From a virus: a DNA stretch of 64,000 bases. This document shows positions 18,046-28,945 of this stretch, piece after piece; the first letter of the stretch is position 1; every line of letters starts with the position of its first letter. Made by a program: the position numbers and the translations under genes. Below the pieces are notes generated by a model that saw nothing but the letters and a program-made list of their open reading frames with translations, was not told the DNA's origin and did not search any database. Where the stretch lies: the UHGV virus genome UHGV-0468246. One strand, given 5' to 3'.

Positions 18046-18084
18046 TCTAGTGTAAGACAAGAAGTTAAGAAAATCAAGTAAAAG
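18046..18084 (-). promoter_or_regulatory. AT-rich TTCTTAACTT island between terminator and SNF2 gene (candidate promoter)
   Basis: Sense TTGATTttcttaacttcttgtctTACACT: -35-like and -10-like boxes with 17-nt spacing, immediately after the 18070-18115 terminator. Confidence 0.4.
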
Positions 18085-18115
18085 AAGAACCCCCTCGGAT
18101 TGCCGTAGGGGGTTC
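18070..18115 (-). terminator. rho-independent terminator ending the structural-gene operon
   Basis: GC-rich hairpin gaaccccctacggcaatccgagggggttc followed by a T-rich run on the sense strand. Confidence 0.6.
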
Positions 18116-18168
18116 TCGGCGCTCATTCAAGCAAGGAGATGGAATCACGCCTCGCTCATTATACCTCA

Positions 18169-20055
18169 TCAGAAGAAGGAATACATGTAGTTTATCGTGT
18201 GCGTCGTGCTTCCCCCGACCGCGCTCTTGTACGTCACGACTATCTCGCCGTGCGAAAGGTCGATGGATGCCGGGAATGTCAGCGCTATGTCCTTCCCGAC
18301 CGTGGCCGTTATGCCCGTCTGGGCCGTCTCGGAGCCGGGGTAGAAGCCGTTCACCTTGACCGACGATATGAAGGCCGTCGGCAGGACGGAGGGGTCGTAG
18401 CTCGCCTCCCCTTCGTATATGACGTACGCGCTGACGTGTATGGTGCGCGCCTGCACGCCGATCATGTTGAGCTGGTCGGTGACGCGCAGCCCGTCGGGGC
18501 CGACGTAGTACACGTCCGCGTAGCTGGCGATGGCGTTGAACCTCGCGGTCTTCGCCGCCACTCCGGGGAAGGTGATTCCGAGCGTGTTGTTCGAGGTCGT
18601 CGCCGTCCCCTTCCAATGCACGAGGTAGTCGTTCCCCGCCACCGTCTCGAAGTCGGTGAGCGTCTTGGAGAACGTCGGCTTGTAGGCGCTCATGTACTTG
18701 TCGTGGACGCTCTTCACGTCCCCCGTTGACAGGCTCAAATGCGGGTTCAGCAGCACGTAGGAAGACGTGCTCCATATCGCCGCGCCGAAGCTGGCGCTCG
18801 GAAGGTAGAACTCGGCTCCGTCCATACTGCCCTGCGCGTCAGAATAGTAGAAGTAGCCGGGGTCGAACGCCGTGATGGCGGCCAGAGAGCTTGTTATGGC
18901 GAGCGTCGCCGTGCTCTGGTTCACCTTGACCGTGAGCGTCGCCGTGCCAGCGGCCACGTAATCGACGGAGCAGGTCTTGCCGACGGTCATGCGGAACGCC
19001 GTCGTGTTGCTTATCGTCCACGTCGCCGCCGACGAGCCGTTGCGCGTGTCGTACCGGATGTCGCCGATGACGTAGGTCGCGTAGAACTCGTTCGTATAGC
19101 TCACGTAGTCCGTCGCGCCGAGACGGTTGATCTTCAGCTCCTTTATGTGGGGGTCGAGCGCAACGCCGGAGCTGTCGATGGCGGAGACCGTGTACGTCTT
19201 GGAAGGGTCGTAGTTCTCCAACTGGTAGGAGGTGAGGCGCGTCTTGCCCACCAGCTCGTCGTCCGCGTAGATGTAGTAGACGAACACGCCGTTGCCGCCC
19301 TTCGCCTCCGTCCACGTCGCATAGCCGACAATCGACACGGCGAAGTCGCTCTCGCCGTCTGCGGTGTTCCACGTGAGCGCGTCAGGCGTTCCGAGCTGGT
19401 AGTCGGGCTGCGGTATGAGGGCGAACGCCTGAAGCCATTCCTCCGGGTTGTTGCTCATGACGCGCGCCTTCAGCGTGTTCGTCGGGCGCGGGAGCGTCAT
19501 CCGGGAGTAGGCCTTGTTCGGAAGGTCGTACCACTGGTACCACTTGTTGCCGCCGTCCGGGCTGAACTCCCACAGGAGGTTCGAGTAGAGGAACATCGAG
19601 TTGTCGAACCACGCGGTTCCCGCGCCGGTCGTGTACAGATCGAACGAGAGGCCCACGCTCTCCGTGGTGTCGTCGTTCTTGCCCCAGCTGCGCCCCTTCT
19701 CCATCTCCTGCGGGTAGTAGCCGAACGTCTGGCGCGTATGGTACTCCGGGCCTTCGCCCTGCGGGCCGATCTCGTCGAGGACGGCGAACATGTTAGCGCC
19801 CGTCGTCGCGCGCGGGTCGGTGGGCGGCTCGAACGTGGGTGTCCACGCCGACTTGGTGCGGGCGAAGAAGCGGGCGGCCTCGTCCACCGTCTTGCGCTCG
19901 CCGATGCCGGTCTCCACCGACGGGTCGAACACGTTGTAGGAGTATTCGCCGAGCCGCCTCTGCCCGTAGCGCACCATGCGCACGAAGCCCTTGGCGGGCT
20001 TCCCGTCCTCGAAGCAGTTTCCTATCCTCATCGTAGGGTTCACAGCGTCCTCCAT
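18169..20055 (-). CDS. tail fibre / receptor-binding-like structural protein
   Basis: ~630 aa, beta-rich and Ser/Thr/Gly-rich; last gene of the late operon before the terminator. Start uncertain (20055 or 20028). Confidence 0.45.
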   Translation of the reverse strand: MEDAVNPTMRIGNCFEDGKPAKGFVRMVRYGQRRLGEYSYNVFDPSVETGIGERKTVDEAARFFARTKSAWTPTFEPPTDPRATTGANMFAVLDEIGPQGEGPEYHTRQTFGYYPQEMEKGRSWGKNDDTTESVGLSFDLYTTGAGTAWFDNSMFLYSNLLWEFSPDGGNKWYQWYDLPNKAYSRMTLPRPTNTLKARVMSNNPEEWLQAFALIPQPDYQLGTPDALTWNTADGESDFAVSIVGYATWTEAKGGNGVFVYYIYADDELVGKTRLTSYQLENYDPSKTYTVSAIDSSGVALDPHIKELKINRLGATDYVSYTNEFYATYVIGDIRYDTRNGSSAATWTISNTTAFRMTVGKTCSVDYVAAGTATLTVKVNQSTATLAITSSLAAITAFDPGYFYYSDAQGSMDGAEFYLPSASFGAAIWSTSSYVLLNPHLSLSTGDVKSVHDKYMSAYKPTFSKTLTDFETVAGNDYLVHWKGTATTSNNTLGITFPGVAAKTARFNAIASYADVYYVGPDGLRVTDQLNMIGVQARTIHVSAYVIYEGEASYDPSVLPTAFISSVKVNGFYPGSETAQTGITATVGKDIALTFPASIDLSHGEIVVTYKSAVGGSTTHTINYMYSFF

Positions 20056-21422
20056 TTGCCGCGAGCGAAGACGTAGACCGCCTCCGATTCTCTCCACTTG
20101 CCGTTGACGTACACGCTCGCGAGGCCCTGATGCCATCTCGCGCCGTTCGGAACGTCGTAGCGCCATATCAGGCCGCCGTAGTAATCGACGACCGCCTGAA
20201 CGTCCGCGCCGTTGCGCATATGAACCGCGCGCCCCTTCGCGTCGTAGGAGCGCAGCGTGAACGTCTGGGAGGTGCGCGGCCTCTGCCGCTTCAAAGCCAC
20301 CTCGACCGACTTGATTCCGGCCTGCTCGCTTCGGGCATCGGATGCCTTCCACGAGCGCACGAGGCCGTCAACGCTCCCCACAAGCTCGTAGCGCGCCACG
20401 GGGTAGGAGCCGTCTTCCCAGCCGGAGTAGTAGAACCTCACGGTCTCCCCGGCGCACAGAACCTCGTTCCGCGTTCCCCTGCGACCGATGCACCAGAGCT
20501 GCGTCGGGCCGTAGCTGGGTATCTCGAAGTAGGACACCGCGTCAGACCAAGCGACCTGCTTGCTCCACGCCTGACCGTCGTAGGTGCGGATGCCGAAGAA
20601 CAGCTTGTCGCCCGTCTTGATGTCGAAGAACGACGACGGCTGCACGCTGGCCGACGTGCTGCCGATGCCCTCGACCGCCCGCACGAACTTCGCGTGCTGC
20701 GCAACGGTGTCGGGGTTGCGAGCGCCCGACGGCACCGAATCGCCACGGTAGACGAACAGGTCGTACCCCTTCGCGCCGTTGCAGCGGTTCCACGACACCG
20801 CCACGGGCTGCGTGGCGGCTTGGATTATCTCGATCTTCGGAGGCTCGGCCTTGACCTGCGACGGGGTTGCGGGGCGCGGGTACGCGCCCTCGTGCCACGT
20901 GACGGTGTACATGCCGTCCTTGTTGTTCATGAACGCGCCGTCCTGCGGGCACGGCCTGCTGGCGTAGTAGCCTTGGCCGTAGCGCCCTTCCCAGTTCGTG
21001 ATCTCGTTGTCCTCGAAGCTGCCCGTCCACGGGCGCACGATCATGGGGCATATCGTCAGGTTCTCGTCGTCGGTTCCTATGGGAACGTCCGCGTCGAAGA
21101 CGGTGTAGGGGCCGTGCCACATGGTGCCGTCCCGGTCTCCGGCCCACGAGCCGTTAAGCCCCCAGTCGGCGTACTGCCCCCAGAACTTCCGCCCGCTCTT
21201 GATGGTCGCGCTCTGGTACACGCCGTTCACCGTGCACTGGTGACCGATGGCGTAGCTGAAGAACGAGTTGTAGTACCTCATGCGAACCCAGCACTTTATG
21301 CGCACATGGGTGGAGCGCGCGGTGCGGCCCCACGTCTCCACGGTGTAGCTGTACATGGTGTTGGGCTGTCCGTTGCTCTGCGTCCAGCCCTCTAGCGGCA
21401 TACCTCCTGCGAACCATCCCAT
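20040..21422 (-). CDS. tail fibre-associated structural protein
   Basis: 460 aa, Trp/Gly-rich and beta-rich; lies between the large fibre protein and the last fibre gene. Confidence 0.4.
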   Translation of the reverse strand: MGWFAGGMPLEGWTQSNGQPNTMYSYTVETWGRTARSTHVRIKCWVRMRYYNSFFSYAIGHQCTVNGVYQSATIKSGRKFWGQYADWGLNGSWAGDRDGTMWHGPYTVFDADVPIGTDDENLTICPMIVRPWTGSFEDNEITNWEGRYGQGYYASRPCPQDGAFMNNKDGMYTVTWHEGAYPRPATPSQVKAEPPKIEIIQAATQPVAVSWNRCNGAKGYDLFVYRGDSVPSGARNPDTVAQHAKFVRAVEGIGSTSASVQPSSFFDIKTGDKLFFGIRTYDGQAWSKQVAWSDAVSYFEIPSYGPTQLWCIGRRGTRNEVLCAGETVRFYYSGWEDGSYPVARYELVGSVDGLVRSWKASDARSEQAGIKSVEVALKRQRPRTSQTFTLRSYDAKGRAVHMRNGADVQAVVDYYGGLIWRYDVPNGARWHQGLASVYVNGKWRESEAVYVFARGKWRTL

Positions 21423-21431
21423 GGCGCTCTC

Positions 21432-22028
21432 CTAGTCGATGTACTTGACGTACAAGTCGCCGTCGCGCAGGTCTTTCGGCAGCGATGCCCTGTCCGGGTC
21501 TGCGGTGCCGTAGAAGATGCGGTAGAGGTCGGTGATCTGGCTCATGGTGTGGGTGTGAACCTTGGCGGCGGCGGGAAGCGTAACGTCTTCAGCGCCGTCG
21601 ATGAACGTGTCGGCAGCGCCGTCTATCTTGATCGTGAAGCCGGGGTCGAGCTTCCCCGACGCGCTGGCGCTGTCGGCGTTGGGGACGTACTCCGGCGTTG
21701 GATGGTAGTGCTGGGTCGTGACCCATCGCGTCATGCCTCCGGGCTTGCCGTCGTCCGCGCGCTTCTGAAGGTAGGCATCGACCATGAAGGTGCCGTCGGC
21801 GGGAACGGTCGCCACCACGATGGGGTCGCCGTTCTCGTCCTTGCCGACGGTTATGTTCGCGCTGCCCCCGTTCGAGACGAGCTTGGCCTTCTCGATCTTG
21901 TCGAAGATCGCGCCGCCCACCTGTTTGCGGAACAGCGCCACGTCCTGCGCGGTGTCGGCCTCCCCCTGCTGCGGGGCCGGGAAGTCCCAATCTCGGTCGG
22001 CTGCGTCGATTTCGAGGGTGTAGGCCAT
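21432..22028 (-). CDS. small tail fibre-associated protein
   Basis: Start MAYTLEIDA with RBS AAGGAGAGG; 198 aa. Confidence 0.4.
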   Translation of the reverse strand: MAYTLEIDAADRDWDFPAPQQGEADTAQDVALFRKQVGGAIFDKIEKAKLVSNGGSANITVGKDENGDPIVVATVPADGTFMVDAYLQKRADDGKPGGMTRWVTTQHYHPTPEYVPNADSASASGKLDPGFTIKIDGAADTFIDGAEDVTLPAAAKVHTHTMSQITDLYRIFYGTADPDRASLPKDLRDGDLYVKYID

Positions 22029-22039
22029 CTTACCTCTCC

Positions 22040-25000
22040 TTAGTACACGCCGTTGTCGTAGACGGCTTCGTTGTACACGTTGTTTATGCACTCGCGCTGC
22101 ACGCCGTCAATCCACACGTCCATGCTGCGCCTGTTCTTGTCGTTCGGGTCGATGCGCCCCGGCGCGGAATGCACCGGCTCGCTGCCCTGCTCGCCCCATT
22201 GTATCAGCACGTAGGACTTCACGCCCGCCTTGAACGGCGCGGGGCTTTTGTCCGCGAAGGTGTTCACGAAGCCGTCAGGCTCGACTATGCGCACCATGAG
22301 CTGCTGTTCGTAGGTGTAGACGCTGAAGCGCCTGCTCTCGTCCATGTAGTCGATGATGTAGCGCTCCTCGGCGGTGCCGCGCTGCCCCGACGGCACGCGG
22401 GCCAATGCCTCGTCCGGGATGTACTCGAACGTCAGGAAGCCCGCGCCAGCGTCGATGCGGAACGCCTCCTCGATCTGAAGCGACGCTTCCGCGTCGTCGA
22501 TGTGAGCGCCCTTCTTCGCCTCGTAGGATATGGTTCCCCTCGGGTCGTTCACGGCCATCTCGTAGCACGGCTGCTCCAAGGGCTTGAACACCTTGTGGTA
22601 GTCCCTCATCGGCGCGCGCGTCTCGTTCGGGTTCCCGAAGTACACGTAGTACGCCCCCACGAACTGGTTGAGGTCGTAGTCGTAGTAGCCCTCCGCTTTT
22701 GTGCCTGCGGGAATCTCGTCCTGCACCCTGAACCACAGCTCCATGTTGTCCGTGATGTCGCAGTCGATCTCTTGGCACTCCACGCCGTTGTAGTAGATCA
22801 CGCGGAAGTCCTTCAGGTCTTGGCGCACCATGGGCGTTGTCTGCGCCCGCAGGATGGAGAAGTCGATGTTCGGCACGAACACCGTGGTTCCGGTCGGCAC
22901 GAAGCCCGACAGCGGTATGCGCAGGCGGTAGTCGTACGCGTTGCTCCACCACATGCCGCCGGTCTGGGGCGTGAACACCGTGCCGATGGTCGTCCACTTG
23001 CCGCCCTCGACTTCGTAGCGCATGTTGAACACTTCCTCGTCGGAGAGGTCTTTGCAGCGCAGGTTCCACGTCCGCGCCTCGACGCTGAACACGTCAACCT
23101 GAACCGACGCTATGGCCTGCGAGCGGACGAGCTTGCTCTGCGACTGTATGCCGATCTCGTCGCCGTCGTCGGGTGCCGGGGTGTACGGTGTCGCCTTGCT
23201 CCCCGATTCCAGCTTCAGGGTGCCCTTCCTCACCTCGACCCATTTGGTAGCGTCGTACGAAGCGAGCGAGTAGAACAGCAAGGCTTGGTAGTTCGTCCTG
23301 ACGTTCGCGTTCGCCATGCTGAACGTCCATTCGTACCTGTTCCACTCGGTCTCCGACATGGCGGACGGGTTCTTCGACGCTATCGACACGTTCGGTGCCG
23401 TCTTCTGCAAGAAGTAGAACAAGCCGAACGAATCTATGTTCCCACGGTACTCGAAGGACAGCGTTACCGTCTCGCCGTCCTGCACGCAGCCGGGGAACGC
23501 GAGCGGCACCGACATGCTCACGTTCGAGTTTCCGCCGAACGTCAGGCGCAGGGCCTCCCCCACGTCGGTCAGCTTGCCAACACTTGCGTTGTACAGGCTT
23601 ATCCCGTCCTGCCCGTTCGCCGTCGCCGTTATGGGCATCTCCTTGGTGAACTTCAGCAGGTTCGCCCCCGGCCCGCTGGCGGGAGCGTCCATCTTCAGCA
23701 CGGTTCCGGAAACGCCGAACTCGGTGCTCTCGACCTCGGCGTTCAGGCCGCTCCACTCCTCGATCATGTCGGAAGGGTGGTCGAACACCTCGCGCGGCGG
23801 GTTCTGGTTCACGGCGAAGTCGAAGCTCTTGAACGCCACCGCGCTGTTCACGTTGACGAACTCCAAGCTGTTCATCTCCTCGGTGGAGGGAACCATGCGC
23901 TCGTCGCGCGTCAGCTCGAAGCCCACGTTCTTGTCGATCACCGAAGCGTCGTTGGCGAACGCTAGGAACTCGCTGTCAGGCTCGACCGCCGCGCGGAGGC
24001 CCGACAGGCCGAACGACACCTCGCGTATGGCCGCGACGAACGCAAGCTCGTCGGAGCGCTCGCGGCGCACGGTCTTGTAGGCGTGCCGCCCGTCTTCGTA
24101 GAAGCGCATCTTCACCGTCTTGCCCTCGACCGGCTCGCGCGGCGACTGCGGAAGCTGCCGCTCGTAGCGCATGTTCTCCGCGAGGACGGAGCTGATCGCC
24201 CCGTTGTCCGTGAAGCGCCAGCTCGCCGGTGTCACCAGCGAGGGGAGGTACAGGGGATTGTAGCTCTGCGATATGATGTCCTCGATGCCGCGCTGGCGCT
24301 CGGCCTCTTGGTAGATGTTCGACGTTCCGATGGCATCGTACACCCCGAGCCGGTCTTCGTAGATCGGGCTGTCCTGCGTGGTGAGGAGCTGGCGGTACAG
24401 CTCGGTCGCGTAGGTGCTGGCGGGCTGCTGCTCGAAGTAGTGCTTCACCTCGTAGGGGTATTCCAGCTCCTCGACCTCGATGCCGTCCGACACAACCGTG
24501 TAGGGGATGGCCGACAGGCCGGTGAACTCCAACTTGACGAACGTGCACTTGCGCAGCGGCAGCGAGTAGTCGGCGCTCTGCAAGGAGTACACGGCGGGGT
24601 ACGGCTTCCACGATGCCGTCTCCCAGTCGCCGTCCTCCGTCGAGTAGACGTTCATCTGGCACCCGCCGTACACCGCGTCGATTCTCATGGAGTTCACGCG
24701 CGAGGCGTTGCCGCTCGCGTCCCTCAAATCGAACACGAGCCATTCTAAGGCGCTCTGCGTGACGTTCGGCTTGCTGCACCAGAACGTGGACGGCATGCCG
24801 TCGTGCAGCCTCTCCGGGCCGCTCACGGCCATCTCCGTCTCCACCTTGTTGCCGAACGGGTCGGAGAACACGGCGGGCGCGAAGTCCTCTGCGTCCATCA
24901 CGTCGTAATGGAGCGACAGACCGGCCATGTCTATGGAGAACGGGAAGTCGTCGGCCTTCAGAGCGCCGTCCGGCAGCGTCTTGTAGTAGGGCGCTTCGAG

Positions 25001-26434
25001 GCGCGTGAAGACGAGGCGGAAGCCGTAGGCCGTCGCGAGGTTGAAGCGGAACGTAACCGTCGCCATGTCGCCCGTCACCGAAGCGCCGCCCCACGAGCGC
25101 GAGGTGTAGGACAGCGGCGTGCCAAGCTCGTTGGTGAGCTGAAGCCACGTTCCGGCCTCCTCGTCCACGAGGACGTACGGGACGATCTCCACGGGCTTCT
25201 TCGACACCTCGAACTCCAAGCGGTTCACCGGCACGCCCTTCTGAAGGCGAACCTCGAACCACTCGTGCGGCCTGTCCGCCGGATAGGCCTCGTCGCTCGA
25301 CCAGATGCGCGAGCTGCGCGCGTCCTCGCTGAACTGGCACTGCACGACGGGGATGTACTCGACGGGGTACGACCAGTCCACCATGCCGTCGGAGCCGTAG
25401 TACGAAGCGCTGTAAAGGCGGCTCGCAACGTCGGACACGGCGTTCGCCGCCTTCTGCAAGTCCGTCCGCTCCGACGTGCCGAGCGACCTGAACGCCGCCG
25501 CATGGCGCACGTCGTACGCCCCTATGTGCTCCGTCGATGCCGTCGCGTCCTCGATGGTGTAGGTGAAGTCGAACGTCTCCTCCTGATGGTTCACGAGGGC
25601 CTGCGTGGGGGCCTCGCGCCGCTCGTTGGGGGAGACCCACAGGTTCAGGTCGTCGTCAACGTCGTACTCCCAGTCGGGCCGCCCCGTGACGTAGCGCTTG
25701 ATCTGCCACAGGGAGCTTGACGCGAAGACATCTGCCACGGGCACGTCGGAATCGGGCCTCGTCTCCAAGATGAGGCTGTTGAAGAACTCGTCGCGCTGCA
25801 CGACGGTTATGACCGCATCCTGCGGCCTTATCCTCTTCGTTACCTTGTTGATGTTGTAGCGCTCCGCCTCGGTCACCTCGTCGGCATCGACGACCACAAC
25901 GTACTCGTTGTAGTCGGCCTGCGGGTACACGCCGGGCCGAAGGCTCGCCTGATCGCCGTCGTCCACGTTGACGCTCTCGTAGAACTTCCACGCTTCGAGA
26001 ACCTTGCACGGCTTTCCGCACGCCGCCTCCGATGCGAGGCGTATGCCGAAGGCGGTGCCGCCGTACTGGAAGGCCGTCACGTACTTGTGGATGCGCGCGC
26101 GGTACTTGGCATCCTTCGCGTCGGCCTCGTCCTCCTGCTCCTTCGTGACGAGGCGCGTGCGCGGGTCGAACGCGTACGATTCGCTTTCGAGCCGCCTGAA
26201 GCCGAGCACGCGACCGTAGAACTCGTCGAGGTCGTTGTAGTGCGTCTCGTCGAGGCTCGTCTGCAAGCGCTTCAGCATGAGGTGGTTGCGCGCGGCCTCG
26301 ACACCAGCGCCGCCGCAGAGAGCGTCGAGCAGGCGCACCATGTGCGACGAGCGCTTCTTGCTGTAGACCTCCTCCGGGAGGCCGGAAAGGTACTCCGCCC
26401 TGTTCGTCGGGCGCAGCTTGTTCACGCCGCCCAT
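22040..26434 (-). CDS. large baseplate-wedge / tail fibre protein with discoidin-like (F5/8 type C) carbohydrate-binding region
   Basis: 1464 aa directly downstream of baseplate J. The segment FWCSKPNVTQSALEWLVFDLRDASGNASRVNSMRIDAVYGG resembles a discoidin domain. Confidence 0.5.
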   Translation of the reverse strand: MGGVNKLRPTNRAEYLSGLPEEVYSKKRSSHMVRLLDALCGGAGVEAARNHLMLKRLQTSLDETHYNDLDEFYGRVLGFRRLESESYAFDPRTRLVTKEQEDEADAKDAKYRARIHKYVTAFQYGGTAFGIRLASEAACGKPCKVLEAWKFYESVNVDDGDQASLRPGVYPQADYNEYVVVVDADEVTEAERYNINKVTKRIRPQDAVITVVQRDEFFNSLILETRPDSDVPVADVFASSSLWQIKRYVTGRPDWEYDVDDDLNLWVSPNERREAPTQALVNHQEETFDFTYTIEDATASTEHIGAYDVRHAAAFRSLGTSERTDLQKAANAVSDVASRLYSASYYGSDGMVDWSYPVEYIPVVQCQFSEDARSSRIWSSDEAYPADRPHEWFEVRLQKGVPVNRLEFEVSKKPVEIVPYVLVDEEAGTWLQLTNELGTPLSYTSRSWGGASVTGDMATVTFRFNLATAYGFRLVFTRLEAPYYKTLPDGALKADDFPFSIDMAGLSLHYDVMDAEDFAPAVFSDPFGNKVETEMAVSGPERLHDGMPSTFWCSKPNVTQSALEWLVFDLRDASGNASRVNSMRIDAVYGGCQMNVYSTEDGDWETASWKPYPAVYSLQSADYSLPLRKCTFVKLEFTGLSAIPYTVVSDGIEVEELEYPYEVKHYFEQQPASTYATELYRQLLTTQDSPIYEDRLGVYDAIGTSNIYQEAERQRGIEDIISQSYNPLYLPSLVTPASWRFTDNGAISSVLAENMRYERQLPQSPREPVEGKTVKMRFYEDGRHAYKTVRRERSDELAFVAAIREVSFGLSGLRAAVEPDSEFLAFANDASVIDKNVGFELTRDERMVPSTEEMNSLEFVNVNSAVAFKSFDFAVNQNPPREVFDHPSDMIEEWSGLNAEVESTEFGVSGTVLKMDAPASGPGANLLKFTKEMPITATANGQDGISLYNASVGKLTDVGEALRLTFGGNSNVSMSVPLAFPGCVQDGETVTLSFEYRGNIDSFGLFYFLQKTAPNVSIASKNPSAMSETEWNRYEWTFSMANANVRTNYQALLFYSLASYDATKWVEVRKGTLKLESGSKATPYTPAPDDGDEIGIQSQSKLVRSQAIASVQVDVFSVEARTWNLRCKDLSDEEVFNMRYEVEGGKWTTIGTVFTPQTGGMWWSNAYDYRLRIPLSGFVPTGTTVFVPNIDFSILRAQTTPMVRQDLKDFRVIYYNGVECQEIDCDITDNMELWFRVQDEIPAGTKAEGYYDYDLNQFVGAYYVYFGNPNETRAPMRDYHKVFKPLEQPCYEMAVNDPRGTISYEAKKGAHIDDAEASLQIEEAFRIDAGAGFLTFEYIPDEALARVPSGQRGTAEERYIIDYMDESRRFSVYTYEQQLMVRIVEPDGFVNTFADKSPAPFKAGVKSYVLIQWGEQGSEPVHSAPGRIDPNDKNRRSMDVWIDGVQRECINNVYNEAVYDNGVY

Positions 26435-26435
26435 G

Positions 26436-28430
26436 CTACATCCACCCCTGCTGCGTGCGGCTGTAGAAATGGACGTACTGGACGTAGAAGCATTCGTTGC
26501 CCTTCTGCCTGAAGTCGGTCGTGTACTGCGCCTTCTGCGTCTTCCCGTCGCGCTCGTACTCCACGATGCCGTACGCGCCGAAGGTGCCGGAGCCGTCGGC
26601 CACCTTACCGGCAGCGTCGGCCTGCGTCGAAACCCTCACGTTATCGACACCGGCGACGTTGGCCGCCACCGTCTCGATGTCGGAGAACTGGATTGTCTGG
26701 CCGAACGGGAGCGAGTTGGCCCAGTCTATCACGGCCTTCTCCACCGCCGCCTTTATCGCGTCCCGCGTGTACACGCTGAACATGAGCGTGAGGTGAACGC
26801 CGTACCTGCGTCGGCGCACCTCGTGAACCAGCGTGTTGGCCGTGACCACGCTCTGCTTCCCCACGAGCTTCTGCACCTCGGAGGGCACCGTGTTGTAGAC
26901 GAACGGGATGTTCAGCGGTGTCTCGTTGGTCAAGCTGATGTTCGTGCCAGCCGGAACGAAACTGTTCTTATCGCCGCTGTAGGTGCCCATAAGCTCCACA
27001 GCGTCCATGGCGCGCGAGCTGCCGTCTCGGTTCGCGTAGCCGGAATCGTACAGCATGCGGAACTGCTTGCCTTCTTGCAGGATGATGTCCGCGCCGACGT
27101 TTATCATGCCGTTGTAAGAGCGCATGACGGGCTGGTAGGACAGGGGTATGTACAGGTTGTTCTCGGTCGGCATCGTCCCGTCGTCGTGCCGCCAGTTCCC
27201 ACGGTTCTGCGCCGTGACGAGCTTGTTGAAGTCGATGAACTGAAGGTCGGCGACCGTCTGCCCGCTCTCGCCGTCCACGAACACCTCGACCGTCTTGATG
27301 CCGCCACGGTTCAGGTTGGACAGGTAGTCGTACTCGATGGTGATGAAGTCGCCGATGCTCGCCGCCTTGTAGACGTAGGACACCAGAACGGTCTGGCCCA
27401 CGTAGTCGGCGGGGAACGAGGACGTTATCGTGATCTGGTTCCCGGACACCGTGAAGCCCGTCGTGATCGGCGTAACGCCGTCGTTCGACGTGATGCCGGA
27501 CACGCGCAGGACGTTGGGCTGCGAAAGCGAGTAGGAGTTGCCCCGCATGACGGGGCCGATAAGCTCGGTCGTCGCCACGTCGTGGAAGGTTATCACGGCG
27601 TTCTCCGCGTCAACGTCGTACTCGCCGCGAGAGTACAGCTTGTCGGTGTCCGCGTTGCGCACCCAGAAGCGGTTCTGCACGTCGAGCATTTCGGCAACCT
27701 CGTCGATTGAGTACGTCGCCGTGTAGTTGCTCTGGACTGCCACCGTCTCCGTCCACGTGCTCTCCTGCCCGATGACCGATGCGCGGCTGTCGGCGGCATG
27801 CGCGAGCGCGAGGCCCAAGTACTGGTCTACGGTGCCGAACTCGCCACGGAATATCGTGTTCACGATTCGGGTGCGGAACTCCGCGTCCGTCTCCAAGTCG
27901 CGCCCGCCGGTCATGGGGAGGTCGTTCGTCACGCCGAAGTAGCCGGTGTAGCTCACGGAGTACGTGACGGTGTTGGCCGCGACGTTCGCCGCGCTGCCAG
28001 CGACGGTGGCGACCACCGGTATCTCCGCCTTGGTGACACCCTTCGCCATCTCCTGATAGCTCGTCGTCTGGAAGTACACGGCGGCCTGCGTCGCGGTCGC
28101 GGGCTTGTAGAACTGCGCGCCGTAGGCTATCGCCTGCACGCTGTCGGCGTTGTCGCGCGTGATGGAGATTGTGCCGCTCGCCGCCTGCGCCTGCTGGCGC
28201 GCGAAGCCGAACATCGCGCCGAAAGCGTCAAGCTCGGAGCCGCTGTAGGAATCGACCGACCACAGGGTGGTCGTTGTGTTCTCGTCAACCACGAGGCTCG
28301 CGAGCTGCGATGCCACGGCGGTGATGATCTTGCGCGTCGGGGTGCCGAGCGTCGTGCTCAACGTGGGGTCTACCGTCGCGAGCTGGTTTATGATGCTGGC
28401 CTCGAATTGCGCCTGCGTTTGTGCTGCCAT
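26436..28430 (-). CDS. baseplate J-like protein (gp6/gpJ family)
   Basis: 664 aa. The N-terminal region MAAQTQAQFEASIINQL...DPTLSTTLGTPTRKIITAVASQLA is typical of Baseplate_J; it follows the gp25-like gene. Confidence 0.65.
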   Translation of the reverse strand: MAAQTQAQFEASIINQLATVDPTLSTTLGTPTRKIITAVASQLASLVVDENTTTTLWSVDSYSGSELDAFGAMFGFARQQAQAASGTISITRDNADSVQAIAYGAQFYKPATATQAAVYFQTTSYQEMAKGVTKAEIPVVATVAGSAANVAANTVTYSVSYTGYFGVTNDLPMTGGRDLETDAEFRTRIVNTIFRGEFGTVDQYLGLALAHAADSRASVIGQESTWTETVAVQSNYTATYSIDEVAEMLDVQNRFWVRNADTDKLYSRGEYDVDAENAVITFHDVATTELIGPVMRGNSYSLSQPNVLRVSGITSNDGVTPITTGFTVSGNQITITSSFPADYVGQTVLVSYVYKAASIGDFITIEYDYLSNLNRGGIKTVEVFVDGESGQTVADLQFIDFNKLVTAQNRGNWRHDDGTMPTENNLYIPLSYQPVMRSYNGMINVGADIILQEGKQFRMLYDSGYANRDGSSRAMDAVELMGTYSGDKNSFVPAGTNISLTNETPLNIPFVYNTVPSEVQKLVGKQSVVTANTLVHEVRRRRYGVHLTLMFSVYTRDAIKAAVEKAVIDWANSLPFGQTIQFSDIETVAANVAGVDNVRVSTQADAAGKVADGSGTFGAYGIVEYERDGKTQKAQYTTDFRQKGNECFYVQYVHFYSRTQQGWM

Positions 28431-28439
28431 GCCTTCTCC

Positions 28440-28877
28440 TTAGAGCGTCTGCGCGACGGAGACCTGCGTGGCCGCCGCCGTGCTCACGATGACGAGGACG
28501 TTCACGTTCGTGCCGGTCGCGCTGACCGTTATGCTGTTGAGGGTGGAAACTATGTCGTCGTCCGTCCAGACCTGTAGGAACTCGTTGTCCGAGAGGCGCT
28601 GCTTGTCCCTTGCGATCTGCTCGTTCTGGGCCGCTATGTAGTTCGTCACGACGCGGTTGACCTCCGAGCGGATGGCCGTCAGGTTGTCGTCGAACGCGGG
28701 TGCCCCTATGTAGTTCCAGAGGTCGGAGCCGAACTTGGGGTAGACGGCATCCGTGCCGATAGGTTCGAGCAGCCAAAGCGCCATCTCCTGCTGGATGCGC
28801 GCGGCCCCCTCGACCATCACGGGCTTGCCGTCCCCTCCTATGACTATATCGCCATCCGCGACCTTGATGCACTTCAT
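28440..28877 (-). CDS. baseplate wedge gp25/gpW-like protein
   Basis: 145 aa, conserved position immediately upstream of baseplate J. Confidence 0.5.
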   Translation of the reverse strand: MKCIKVADGDIVIGGDGKPVMVEGAARIQQEMALWLLEPIGTDAVYPKFGSDLWNYIGAPAFDDNLTAIRSEVNRVVTNYIAAQNEQIARDKQRLSDNEFLQVWTDDDIVSTLNSITVSATGTNVNVLVIVSTAAATQVSVAQTL

Positions 28878-28945
28878 GCGGTCGTCTCCTTACCCTAGTC
28901 GTCTTACGGACATTCTAGCAGCAAGGGCGGTCGGCGGCGACGGCC